A DNA stretch of 64,000 bases, from NCBI GenBank assembly GCA_046295395.1, contig JBKBNH010000006.1:53646-117645 (forward strand), written 5' to 3'. The notes beneath the pieces were generated by a model. It was not told the origin of the DNA. It did not search any database and saw nothing but the letters and a program-made list of their open reading frames with translations. The DNA comes from Flavobacteriales bacterium (GTDB taxonomy: Bacteria > Bacteroidota > Bacteroidia > Flavobacteriales_D > JBKBNH01). Position 1 is the first letter of the stretch; every line of letters begins with the position of its first letter. Positions 17,311 to 26,329 of this stretch are shown here, piece by piece. The position numbers were made by a program, and so were the translations under genes.

Positions 17311-18918
17311 TTACTTGTTTGATGCCAGCTTCATTTTATCATAAGTTCCATCATTAAGTGTTTCTATTGCTTTTTGAAGCGAGTCGTTTAAATCATTTAT
17401 TATTTCATAGAAAGATGCGAAATCCCAGATGTTTTGAGCAATACTAGCTTTTAGCCTAAGGTCTATTGCTTGTTTGGATTTTTGATACGCCTCTTCGTTG
17501 TATTCCACTCCTTCTTTATCTCCGTAAACAATCATTTCTTTAATAACAGTTTCGATGTCAAAATTTTTCTTGAACTCCTGAAAGTTAGGAAACTTAGCAA
17601 CTAATTCTTCACGGTTCTGATCAACATAATTAAGTGAAAACTGATTGATTATTCCTTTTCTAAGCAGTCTGCTCCAATATTCGGAGGTTCCTGTTGTATC
17701 TAGAGGAACAAAAACATCCGGAATGATACCTCCTCCACCAAAAACTGTACGTTTTTTTATCAACGTCTGGTACTTTAATGAGTCTGGAATTTTAATGCTA
17801 TCAATGTAAAAAGCCTCGCCGGATTCATACCTGCTGTATTTCTCTTTTTGGTAAGCCTCTTTGCCCTCATTATAGGGTTTTTGTATACATCTTCCTGCCG
17901 GGGTGTAATATCGTTGCGTTGTTAATCTCATCGCACTGCCGTCTGGCAAGGTGAGTTGTTTTTGAACTAACCCCTTACCAAAAGATCTTCTGCCTACGAT
18001 CAGTCCTCTATCCCAATCCTGAACAGCACCAGAAAGAATTTCACTTGCTGAAGCTGAACTTTCGTCAACCAAAACAATAAGTCTGCCTTTTTCAAAGCTC
18101 CCTGTAAATCTAGATTTGTATTCTTCTTTAGGGTAGGAGCGTCCTTCTGTATATACAATTAGCTTATCCGAATCGAGCAACTCGTCGCACAATTCAATTG
18201 CCGTATTGAGATATCCCCCACCATTTCCCTGTAAGTCTATTACAAGGTCTTTCATGCCTTTGACTTTCAGGTCTTTCATTGCAGCACGGAACTCCGTAAC
18301 AGACGTTGCCGAGAAGTTGTTTAGTTTTATGTATCCCACAGTTGGGGTTACCATATAAGCTGCATCCAAACTATTAATAGGAATTTTATCTCGTGTTACT
18401 ATAAAGGTGAGTAAGTCGGGCACGCCTTTTCTAAACACTTTTACAGTTACTTTGGTTCCCTTGGTTCCCAATAGCATATCCCGAACGCCCGAATTCTTAA
18501 TTCCAACTCCGGCAACTGGTTTATTATCTATTTCTATAAATTTATCTCCGGCTCTTATTCCAACTTTTTCTGAGGGTCCTCCAGGAATTGTTTGAACCAC
18601 AAAAATGGTATCCTGCATTATTTGAAAGCGGACACCCACTCCATCGAAGTTTCCTTTCAGAGGAGCGTTCATTTCTTCAAATTCCTCCTTGGTTACATAG
18701 TACGAATGAGGGTCCAGCTTTTCTAGCATAGCACGAATGGCTTCCTCAACTAACTTATCGGTCTGCACAGAATCTACGTACAACCTGTCAACATAATCGA
18801 GTACACGGTCAAATTTCAACGTTGTTTTTGAGGCTGGTTGTTGCGCAGAAATAAAATAAGGGGAAATGGCAAAAAATGGCAAAAATGCAATTAGGGAAAT
18901 AATACTTTTCATCTTCAT
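17311..18918 (-). CDS. ctp: S41-family C-terminal processing peptidase
   Basis: Start set at MKMKSIISLIAF (18918). PDZ segment (GIRAGDKFIEIDNKPV). Catalytic motifs SASASEILSGA and GRRSFGKGLVQ. Confidence 0.85.
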   Translation of the reverse strand: MKMKSIISLIAFLPFFAISPYFISAQQPASKTTLKFDRVLDYVDRLYVDSVQTDKLVEEAIRAMLEKLDPHSYYVTKEEFEEMNAPLKGNFDGVGVRFQIMQDTIFVVQTIPGGPSEKVGIRAGDKFIEIDNKPVAGVGIKNSGVRDMLLGTKGTKVTVKVFRKGVPDLLTFIVTRDKIPINSLDAAYMVTPTVGYIKLNNFSATSVTEFRAAMKDLKVKGMKDLVIDLQGNGGGYLNTAIELCDELLDSDKLIVYTEGRSYPKEEYKSRFTGSFEKGRLIVLVDESSASASEILSGAVQDWDRGLIVGRRSFGKGLVQKQLTLPDGSAMRLTTQRYYTPAGRCIQKPYNEGKEAYQKEKYSRYESGEAFYIDSIKIPDSLKYQTLIKKRTVFGGGGIIPDVFVPLDTTGTSEYWSRLLRKGIINQFSLNYVDQNREELVAKFPNFQEFKKNFDIETVIKEMIVYGDKEGVEYNEEAYQKSKQAIDLRLKASIAQNIWDFASFYEIINDLNDSLQKAIETLNDGTYDKMKLASNK

Positions 18919-19067
18919 ATTATAATTAAAACTTAAAACCACCACTTTGTACACGCTTATGATAAAATGGTTTACAATTAACAGGTACTGTGTATACATA
19001 AACGTGGTAACGCCAAGTTACACTAAAATTGTGCCTGAGATATGTTAATAGATGCTAAAGTGAAAAA

Positions 19068-19619
19068 TTAGTTACTCAACAATTTGTCTCTGGTAGTATT
19101 TAACTCTTCTATTTTCTTTTTAAATGCTTTATTTTGAGAGCACTCAAACATCATTGGTTTTGATGCCCAGGAGCCAATTTCTTCGCTAGAATTCATGTAT
19201 TGAATCTTAAGATTAATGTCATCCGGATTAGCTTGGGCTTTTTTGGACAAAGCCGTAAAGCTTTTTATTGCCGCCCCGTATTCTGAAACAAACTTTTCGC
19301 ATTCGGGACTAACGGGCTCCAACTCTTCTTCTACAATTATTTCTTCTGTTTCCTGAGTCTTTTCTTCTTGCTGTGAAAACTGCTCTATACTAGAGTTTTC
19401 TATACAATCGGCTTCCTGCTGAGCATAGTTTCTTTTTTCTTCCTCAGTTTGCGGAACGGGGTATAATGTGGCACATTTTTCAACTATTTCTGCTGTTGGA
19501 TTCATACAAGCGCAAAAATTCGGGCCAGTCTCTTCTTGGGTTTCTTTTTCCGTTTCATTGGAACAAGCAGCAAACAGAACTAACAATACGAGAAAAGGTG
19601 TGTGCTTTATTGATTTCAT
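19068..19619 (-). CDS. Acidic, cysteine-containing lipoprotein, unknown function
   Basis: Lipobox LFAACS. It has E/Q-rich stretches and 7 Cys beyond the lipobox Cys. Its start lies 2 nt after the upstream stop. Confidence 0.6.
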   Translation of the reverse strand: MKSIKHTPFLVLLVLFAACSNETEKETQEETGPNFCACMNPTAEIVEKCATLYPVPQTEEEKRNYAQQEADCIENSSIEQFSQQEEKTQETEEIIVEEELEPVSPECEKFVSEYGAAIKSFTALSKKAQANPDDINLKIQYMNSSEEIGSWASKPMMFECSQNKAFKKKIEELNTTRDKLLSN

Positions 19620-19621
19620 TT

Positions 19622-21745
19622 TTATTGATTTAATAGTTTGAATGCTTCACTCGTTGAGATAATATTATTGTCAAATTCACCTACCACAAAAGCATCATAC
19701 AACCCTTCACGAATTACTTCTTCTTTAAACCCATCCGCCTCTTCGTATGTAGAGAACGCTTTTGTGTAGTATTTAACCAACCCACTATTCAAGTCTCTCT
19801 TAGGCAGAATATTGCCCACCTGAAGATATACATCTAGTACCTCTGTAGGTATCTCATTTTTGTATGCTCCCACCTGAACTCTGAATTTTATCTTGGATTT
19901 ATCGATATTATCCGACATAGGGGTTGGTGTTTCAACCTTTGTATCAACCGCATTTGCCTCTACTTCAAAACCTGCTTCCTTAAGTGTTAGTCGCTTTCCT
20001 TCTTTGTAAGCAACAATAAACGACCCTTGATAGCCCTGTGAGACCATGTCTAGTTGTCTATTAGTAGCCGCTGATTTTGATTTAAATGAGCCGGAGTAAT
20101 ATCTGGTAATTCCATCTTCACCTGATACGACTAACAAATCAGGAACGTTGGCAAAAGTGGATGGAGCTACTTTTGATTTGAAGGCTCCTATCTGAACTCG
20201 GTATAAGTTGACTGCTTCTGAAGATTCTACTTTGGCAATCTCGGGCAAGGAGCTGTTAGGGATTGTTTTTATTTTTATTTCGTTTTTCTCCTTATCTGGA
20301 GTGGTTTGGGCTACTCCTTTAACATCAAAACCACTTTCTTCCAAACGACCTTTTTCTCTAACGGCGTCTTCCAGGTTGTCGTATGCCCCTATTACATAGT
20401 ATATCGTGTCTCCACTTTCAATAGTTTTAAAATCTTTTTCTGCCAACAGTTTATGAAGTTCATCATAATCAACCGATTTTTCCTCTGAACCAATAATAAC
20501 CGTATATTTTTTATTGTCCTGAAAATCTTTGTTCATACCTCCTGAGCCGTATCTGGTTACACCTTGGCTTTGGTAGGTATTTCTAACCACGACCATATCC
20601 TGAAACTTTCCTGTGCTATCTATATACACAAGGTAGGCTTGCAAGAAATCCTCTTCGGTAAGCGATACGCCTCGCTCATTTACCAAGTTACCTCTCGGGG
20701 TGTCTAACTCATCGTCCATATAATCCGGAACTCCATCACCATCAGAATCTAAGGGGCATCCAAACTGGTCTACTTCAACCCCCAAGGGTGTTTTTGCACA
20801 CTTATCGAGGTGGTCAACAATTCCATCACCATCACTATCTATAGTGTCTTGAGCAAGAAGGTCGTCAAATTCAAGTGATTTTAAGTCAAATTCCTTCGGC
20901 TTCTTGTCTCCCTTCTTCCAATAGAAATCATAATCTACATAAAACGAAGTGAAGAGAAACTTATCATTTCCCTTTGTTCCAGCTCTTATGCCCTCTCCGT
21001 CGCCATGTACACCATCAATATGGTCGGTAAAGGTAAAGTGCATCGAGGAACCAATTCTAAAATTCACCCGCTCACCCAGTTTAAAGTTGGCATATAACCC
21101 AACCGGAATGGCCCAGGTAATTTCGCTATACTTACCCTTGCCGTCTAAATTAAGTTCTCTCAAATCTGTCTCATAAATATAGTCTCGTTGTAAAAAAATA
21201 GCCTCATCTGCATTAGGAGCATCTTCAGCTAAGTTTCTGATTGAGCCGTCTGACCAGTAATGATATTTATTACCAAATCTATCGTATAAGTCTGTTTTTG
21301 AAAGAAACTCAACTGACTCTATTCCAATGGTCAAGTAGGGTTCAACTTTTCTTTTCTCAGGCAGGAAGTGTCCAAAATTATAGCCCACAGTAGCCCCTCC
21401 GGTGGTGATATATGATTGGAAATTCAAATTGCGGGAAGGGGTTCGTTCATTTGCACTAAGTGTGCCAAATAAGGCATAAAAATTCAAATCAAAATTATCC
21501 GAAAGGGGATTCGTTAATCTAATATCATAGGCTAGCCTCGAGACCGTTAGATGCCCTCCTTTATAATTATTGGCCACATCTCCGATAAATGTAAATGAGC
21601 CTACTCCAAGCCCAACTTTAGGCCTGAAAATAAATCCACCATCTGTTTTATGATCGCTAGAGGTTGTGTCTTTTTGGGCATTTAAGTGCGTGTTAGATAA
21701 AATACCTAATAAAAAAAACACCCCTATTTTAAACCTGTTTTTCAA
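19622..21745 (-). CDS. Outer-membrane beta-barrel protein with TSP3 calcium-binding repeats and three C-terminal SPOR-like modules
   Basis: Signal peptide ending LNAQ. OmpA-like N-terminal barrel (residues about 35-275). DSDGDGIVDHLDKC...CPLDSDGDGVPDYMDDE at residues 303-346. SPOR-like modules start at YTVIIGS, YRVQIGAFKSK and FRVQVGAYKNE. Confidence 0.75.
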   Translation of the reverse strand: MKNRFKIGVFFLLGILSNTHLNAQKDTTSSDHKTDGGFIFRPKVGLGVGSFTFIGDVANNYKGGHLTVSRLAYDIRLTNPLSDNFDLNFYALFGTLSANERTPSRNLNFQSYITTGGATVGYNFGHFLPEKRKVEPYLTIGIESVEFLSKTDLYDRFGNKYHYWSDGSIRNLAEDAPNADEAIFLQRDYIYETDLRELNLDGKGKYSEITWAIPVGLYANFKLGERVNFRIGSSMHFTFTDHIDGVHGDGEGIRAGTKGNDKFLFTSFYVDYDFYWKKGDKKPKEFDLKSLEFDDLLAQDTIDSDGDGIVDHLDKCAKTPLGVEVDQFGCPLDSDGDGVPDYMDDELDTPRGNLVNERGVSLTEEDFLQAYLVYIDSTGKFQDMVVVRNTYQSQGVTRYGSGGMNKDFQDNKKYTVIIGSEEKSVDYDELHKLLAEKDFKTIESGDTIYYVIGAYDNLEDAVREKGRLEESGFDVKGVAQTTPDKEKNEIKIKTIPNSSLPEIAKVESSEAVNLYRVQIGAFKSKVAPSTFANVPDLLVVSGEDGITRYYSGSFKSKSAATNRQLDMVSQGYQGSFIVAYKEGKRLTLKEAGFEVEANAVDTKVETPTPMSDNIDKSKIKFRVQVGAYKNEIPTEVLDVYLQVGNILPKRDLNSGLVKYYTKAFSTYEEADGFKEEVIREGLYDAFVVGEFDNNIISTSEAFKLLNQ

Positions 21746-21755
21746 CTACAATAAT

Positions 21756-23063
21756 TTATTTCTGCTGCATCATTTGAGCTTCTTGGAATGTGATTCTTTT
21801 ACCATTATTGTAGGCAACTATAAAAGCTCCATCAATTGAATTTCTTAAGTTTCTTACAGATTTAGTTGCTTCGGTCAGGTTCTTGTATTCACCAACGGTA
21901 TATTTATACCATCCGGCATGTTCTTCCCTTTGCACTGTTTCGGTAATTCTGTATTTTTTCTTTAGGTAGCTGCTTTCTACATTATTTTTCCCGGCAGCTA
22001 TTTGCACCCTGTAAGAAATCCCCGAAGAGGCAGAAGCTTTTGGCACTGTACTGGTAATCATAGCTGGTTCATCTTCATTCCCCTTTTTGCTGTACCCCCC
22101 TGATTTTGACGAAGCAATATTTTCTGTTTTAACAGATTCTGTTTTTTCCTCCGGTTTTGGATCAGGCCCTCTTTGAACAAGCTTTGGAGCTTCGTAATTA
22201 AACGACGAGGGGGAAATAACAACATCGTTATTATCATTTCCTCGTATTAGAAACTCTGCAGAAAAAACACCTCCAATATTTTTCTGCCCATCGGTCGCGC
22301 TCACAGGCATTAGCTTATACTTCAGTTCAAACTGCTTGCTTTCTGGTAATTGAGACCAAAGAAATTTTACCGATTCATCAGAGAATTTAAAAACAGCTCC
22401 CTGATTATTCACCTGAACAGCGTTGAAACCCGCAGGAACGTCTTCTTTTAGTCTCCCGAAGCCTTTTTCTGAGCCCTTATCTATAGTAAGACTTATCATA
22501 AAGTCCGACCCTTCTTTCTGAATTGCACGAGTGATTTTTACATTAGGCACGGGTTTTTCAACAGCAATTTTTGGCGTTTCATTAGGCCCTTCCTTGATTG
22601 TAGTAGAGTTATTTGTAGCAAGGGGTTGCTCTTGTTTTTCTATCTGAATAACTTTGTTAAAGTCTGCTGCTGAATAGCGCTCATCGCCAATTGTATATGA
22701 AAATTGTGTAGTAATTGACACTAATCCGGTTGCGCTGGCTCCTATTTTAAGCTTATACTTCACCTCCATTTTGTCGGTCTCCGGAACAGAAATCCAAACG
22801 AAAGTATATGTATTGTCTTTTCCTTTAAAATTAGCACCCTGATTTGAAACTGATTCCACCTCAACAGAAGAATTTGATGAAATTATCTTCAGGCGTGCAG
22901 GACCTGAAATACCAGGCTTCAATACTGTAACTGCAATCTCTTTCTCTTCGCCGGGTTTTAATTTTGTGACAACGGTGCTAGTAACCTTTACGTCATTATT
23001 TGAAAATAAAGGGAAGACTATCAGCAATAATGAAAAGAGCAAGACTGTTTTTAATTTCATCAC
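21756..23063 (-). CDS. Secreted protein with two tandem beta-sandwich-like repeats and a C-terminal SPOR domain
   Basis: Signal peptide present. Internal duplication: NQGANFKGKDNTYTFVWISVPETDKMEVKYKLK versus NQGAVFKFSDESVKFLWSQLPESKQFELKYKLM. C-terminal SPOR: YRVQIAAGKNN...GWYKYTVGEYKNLTEA...GAFIVAYNNGKRI. Confidence 0.7.
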   Translation of the reverse strand: MMKLKTVLLFSLLLIVFPLFSNNDVKVTSTVVTKLKPGEEKEIAVTVLKPGISGPARLKIISSNSSVEVESVSNQGANFKGKDNTYTFVWISVPETDKMEVKYKLKIGASATGLVSITTQFSYTIGDERYSAADFNKVIQIEKQEQPLATNNSTTIKEGPNETPKIAVEKPVPNVKITRAIQKEGSDFMISLTIDKGSEKGFGRLKEDVPAGFNAVQVNNQGAVFKFSDESVKFLWSQLPESKQFELKYKLMPVSATDGQKNIGGVFSAEFLIRGNDNNDVVISPSSFNYEAPKLVQRGPDPKPEEKTESVKTENIASSKSGGYSKKGNEDEPAMITSTVPKASASSGISYRVQIAAGKNNVESSYLKKKYRITETVQREEHAGWYKYTVGEYKNLTEATKSVRNLRNSIDGAFIVAYNNGKRITFQEAQMMQQK

Positions 23064-23151
23064 AACTTTTTTGGTTAGCTAAAATAACAACTCTGTTACT
23101 ATTTGATTTTTGAATAAACTTTTACTTTGAACATAAAAATGTTGGTATTGG

Positions 23152-24456
23152 TTACTGTTCAAAGAAATAATCAATCAATTCGTTCAATTCTGAGGCGGTT
23201 AAGCCAAGACCTCCTTCAAAAAATGTATCGATGGCTGCAGAAAGCTCTGTGGCAGAAATGATTCCATTTCCATTGGTATCCACAGGTCTAAATTTTGCTG
23301 GCATAGCGGTTGAAACATTTCCTGCTTTTCTAGAGGCCTCTATATCTTTTTCGACTTTCTTTAATGCCGAAAGTGATGGGTCGTCTGCGATGATTTGAGT
23401 ACGCTCCACAGCAATACTGTCTTGTCTTTGACGTAAGGCAAGTAATCTTTCTTCGGTAAGTTCTACGCCATCAGAATCAACCAAGGCACCTTTAGGTGTC
23501 TTTGGCTCTTTATCAAGATAATCCGGAACGCCATCGCCATCACTATCTAGGGGGCAGCCTTTGGAATCGACCGAAACCCCCTTAGGGGTTTTGGGGCAAT
23601 CGTCTTTAATATCAGGAACGCCATCGCCATCTTCATCTGCCTTGTTCATGGCGGCAAAGTTTATTGCTTCTTTTAATTCTTTCTCTATAGGGTCTTTAGA
23701 CCTAATTGTATACTTGATAGAGAATGCAGTATATAAAAATCTGTCGTTTTTAGAATCGTCGGAAAACCCATCGAGATAGTCTGATTGAACTATGTTGTAA
23801 GTTCCGGAAAATCTAAAGTGAATATTATCACTCACCTTGAAATTTAGACCAAAGGTGAGTGGAAAGGTAAGGGCTCCGGACTCAGGTGTGTTTAGCTCCG
23901 TTTCATAGGTATAATCTCTGGTAAGTCTGTTTGCATTGGATGCATCAGGATCGTCTTCGGGCAAATCCATAATGGAGCCGTCTGACCAGTAATTATAAGC
24001 CACTCCGTTTTTATCTTTTAGGTCAGAATGGGGAGCAAACATGGTATAACCCACCCCTACTGCTATGTAGGGAGTAAAGGGAGATGACGGCTTGATAATA
24101 TAGCCGTTATCGAAATGATAAATAGCGTTAATTCCAAACCTCATCATTTGAGTTTCAAAATTTCGCCTAAGAGAATTACCTATTGCTCTTTCGGAAAAAG
24201 CCACTTTTCCATATAGCCCATCTACTGATAGGGCAAATATATCTGCGAATCTCCTTTCCAAAGAAGCCGAATACCCAACTCTGATGGTGGAGAAAAGTGT
24301 GTTGTTTTGATTGGCAGATAAATCTCCCATATAACTCAAAACACCCGCGCCAACTCCAAATTGTAAGATTGGTTTTTGATGATCGTGCATCCCGTATTGG
24401 GCGCTTGCAAATAAGGGCAGCACAAGCAGCGCTAATCCGGTAAAATGTTTTTTCAT
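23152..24456 (-). CDS. Outer-membrane beta-barrel protein with TSP3 repeats and a C-terminal EF-hand
   Basis: Start set at MKKHFTGLALLVLPLFASAQ (the track start 24480 is also possible). The barrel is paralogous to 19622..21745 (NYWSDGSIMDLPEDDP...RDYTYETEL). TSP3 repeats: DEDGDGVPDIKDDC...CPLDSDGDGVPDYLD. EF-hand loop: DTNGNGIISATE. Confidence 0.75.
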   Translation of the reverse strand: MKKHFTGLALLVLPLFASAQYGMHDHQKPILQFGVGAGVLSYMGDLSANQNNTLFSTIRVGYSASLERRFADIFALSVDGLYGKVAFSERAIGNSLRRNFETQMMRFGINAIYHFDNGYIIKPSSPFTPYIAVGVGYTMFAPHSDLKDKNGVAYNYWSDGSIMDLPEDDPDASNANRLTRDYTYETELNTPESGALTFPLTFGLNFKVSDNIHFRFSGTYNIVQSDYLDGFSDDSKNDRFLYTAFSIKYTIRSKDPIEKELKEAINFAAMNKADEDGDGVPDIKDDCPKTPKGVSVDSKGCPLDSDGDGVPDYLDKEPKTPKGALVDSDGVELTEERLLALRQRQDSIAVERTQIIADDPSLSALKKVEKDIEASRKAGNVSTAMPAKFRPVDTNGNGIISATELSAAIDTFFEGGLGLTASELNELIDYFFEQ

Positions 24457-24566
24457 AACAGTGGGTTTTAATTTCCGCAACTAACAAATTTAGCATTTGT
24501 TAGTTTATTAACAAATATTTTTTAACAGATTGATTTTGCAGGAATAGAGTCTGTTGAAAACAGGCT

Positions 24567-25619
24567 TTAAATTAAATTGAAAATTTTACTCGATTTAATT
24601 TTCTCAAGTATCGGTCGTTCCTTTACCTGAAATCTATAACCAAAAGTAAGGCCTCCGGTTATAAAACTGGAAGTAATTAAATTTCTATATCTTCTTATGC
24701 TGTAGCTATCATTCATAGCATAGGCCATAACATAGAATCTATCGGAATTATATCCGATAGAACCTCTAAAATCTCCTGAAAAGGAAATGTAGGTGAGTTT
24801 GTATGGGTTTAAACCATGTTCGTAGTATGTTCTAAATTGATTTTCCATATTTATGGTGAGTAAGGCGTTTATGTATATTTTTTTTAAAATAACCATTGTG
24901 CCTGCCAAGCCCCCCCCCACTGATGCACTTGTGAAGTTAATCTTATATATATCTTTCTCAACCGGCCAATAGAGCTGTGCCAAAGGGGTAATAAAAGTAC
25001 TGTCTGTAGCTAGCATCTGATAATGTACATTTGCTGTTATAACGGGAGAAAAGGCGGTTTTTAATTGCCGGTGGACACCATTGTAAGCGGCTTTATAAGA
25101 GAATTTTTGATGATTGGTAAAGTAAAAGAATTTGCCTTTTATATCCCGGTTTTCCATTGAGGGATTTAAAAAATAGGGTTCGTCTGGGTTGTACAAACTA
25201 TCTGCCTGAAGACGTGAAGATTGAAGTTCGTAAAAACCTTTAAATCTTCTGTAACTAGTTTCTGCAAGCCACTTGTTGCCCCCGATAGCTAATCTTAAAT
25301 TACGGTATTCTGTTTGTCCTTTTTTTTTACTAAACTCGGGTGGTGTGGTTCTTAGGTTTAGTGTAAATGCTATTTTTTCCCAAGCTAAAGTAAGTCCTGT
25401 GGTTATATTGGCTTCCGCATTATAATCTATCAAGCTGCTGTTGGTGGTGTCCTCGATGTTTTTTTGAGTAAAAACAAATGTGAACTTTTGACTTGCCTGT
25501 TGCAGTCCAACAACAAACTTATCCTGATACTTTGTGTAATACACTACGGAATCCTTCTCTTGTGCAAAGAGATTTGCAAAAACTACCGCAAGCAAGCATA
25601 TCGAAATGCTCTTTTTCAA
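24567..25619 (-). CDS. Predicted outer-membrane beta-barrel protein, unknown function
   Basis: Signal peptide LLAVVFANLFAQ. 350 aa with alternating-hydrophobic strands and many Y/N/G turns. No catalytic motif is seen. Confidence 0.5.
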   Translation of the reverse strand: MKKSISICLLAVVFANLFAQEKDSVVYYTKYQDKFVVGLQQASQKFTFVFTQKNIEDTTNSSLIDYNAEANITTGLTLAWEKIAFTLNLRTTPPEFSKKKGQTEYRNLRLAIGGNKWLAETSYRRFKGFYELQSSRLQADSLYNPDEPYFLNPSMENRDIKGKFFYFTNHQKFSYKAAYNGVHRQLKTAFSPVITANVHYQMLATDSTFITPLAQLYWPVEKDIYKINFTSASVGGGLAGTMVILKKIYINALLTINMENQFRTYYEHGLNPYKLTYISFSGDFRGSIGYNSDRFYVMAYAMNDSYSIRRYRNLITSSFITGGLTFGYRFQVKERPILEKIKSSKIFNLI

Positions 25620-25621
25620 TT

Positions 25622-26329
25622 TTAGAAGTTTGGTTTATGTAGGTATTTACCGTAAAATTTATTAATTTCTATTACGGCTTCTTCTGCCGTATCTACTAGC
25701 TTGAACAAATTCAAATCTTCTACACTAATATTAGATTCCTCTTCCAGCAACGATTTTTTAATCCAATCTAGCAGCCCATCCCAAAATGATTTTCCAACAA
25801 GAATTATAGGGAATTTTCCGATTTTTTGGGTTTGAATTAAGGTTAAGGCTTCAAAAAGTTCATCTAATGTTCCAAATCCGCCGGGAAGCACTATAAATCC
25901 CTGTGCATACTTAACAAACATAACTTTGCGCACAAAGAAATAGTCAAAGTTGATAAGCTTATCATTGTCAATATAAGGATTTGAAGTTTGTTCGAAAGGT
26001 AAATCTATATTTAGTCCCACCGAAGTGCCTCCTCCTCTGTTTGCTCCCCTATTGCCTGCCTCCATGATTCCGGGGCCTCCACCCGTTATAATTCCATACC
26101 CGCTTTGAGTTAACAAAAAAGCAATTTCTTCGGCTAGTTTATAGTATTTATTACTCTCTTGCGTACGTGCAGAACCAAAAATAGAAACGCAAGGGCCAAT
26201 TCTTGCAAGTTTCTCATATCCTTCAACAAACTCGGACATTATTTTAAAAATTGCCCAACTATCATTGGTCTTTATCTGATTCCAGTCTTTGTGTTCGAAT
26301 GCTTTTCTTATTCTTTCTTCGTGCTCCAT
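25622..26329 (-). CDS. LOG-family (TIGR00730-type) nucleotide phosphoribohydrolase
   Basis: GGGPGIMEA and PGGFGTLDELFE motifs. Size is 235 aa. Its start overlaps the uvrA stop by 1 nt (TAATG). Confidence 0.85.
   Translation of the reverse strand: MEHEERIRKAFEHKDWNQIKTNDSWAIFKIMSEFVEGYEKLARIGPCVSIFGSARTQESNKYYKLAEEIAFLLTQSGYGIITGGGPGIMEAGNRGANRGGGTSVGLNIDLPFEQTSNPYIDNDKLINFDYFFVRKVMFVKYAQGFIVLPGGFGTLDELFEALTLIQTQKIGKFPIILVGKSFWDGLLDWIKKSLLEEESNISVEDLNLFKLVDTAEEAVIEINKFYGKYLHKPNF

Noticed and set aside
24176-24496. A 106-aa ORF overlapping the 5' part of the barrel/TSP3/EF-hand gene in another frame.
   Set aside because: It has no motifs and sits on the same strand in a different frame. The main frame has a signal peptide and is paralogous to 19622..21745.
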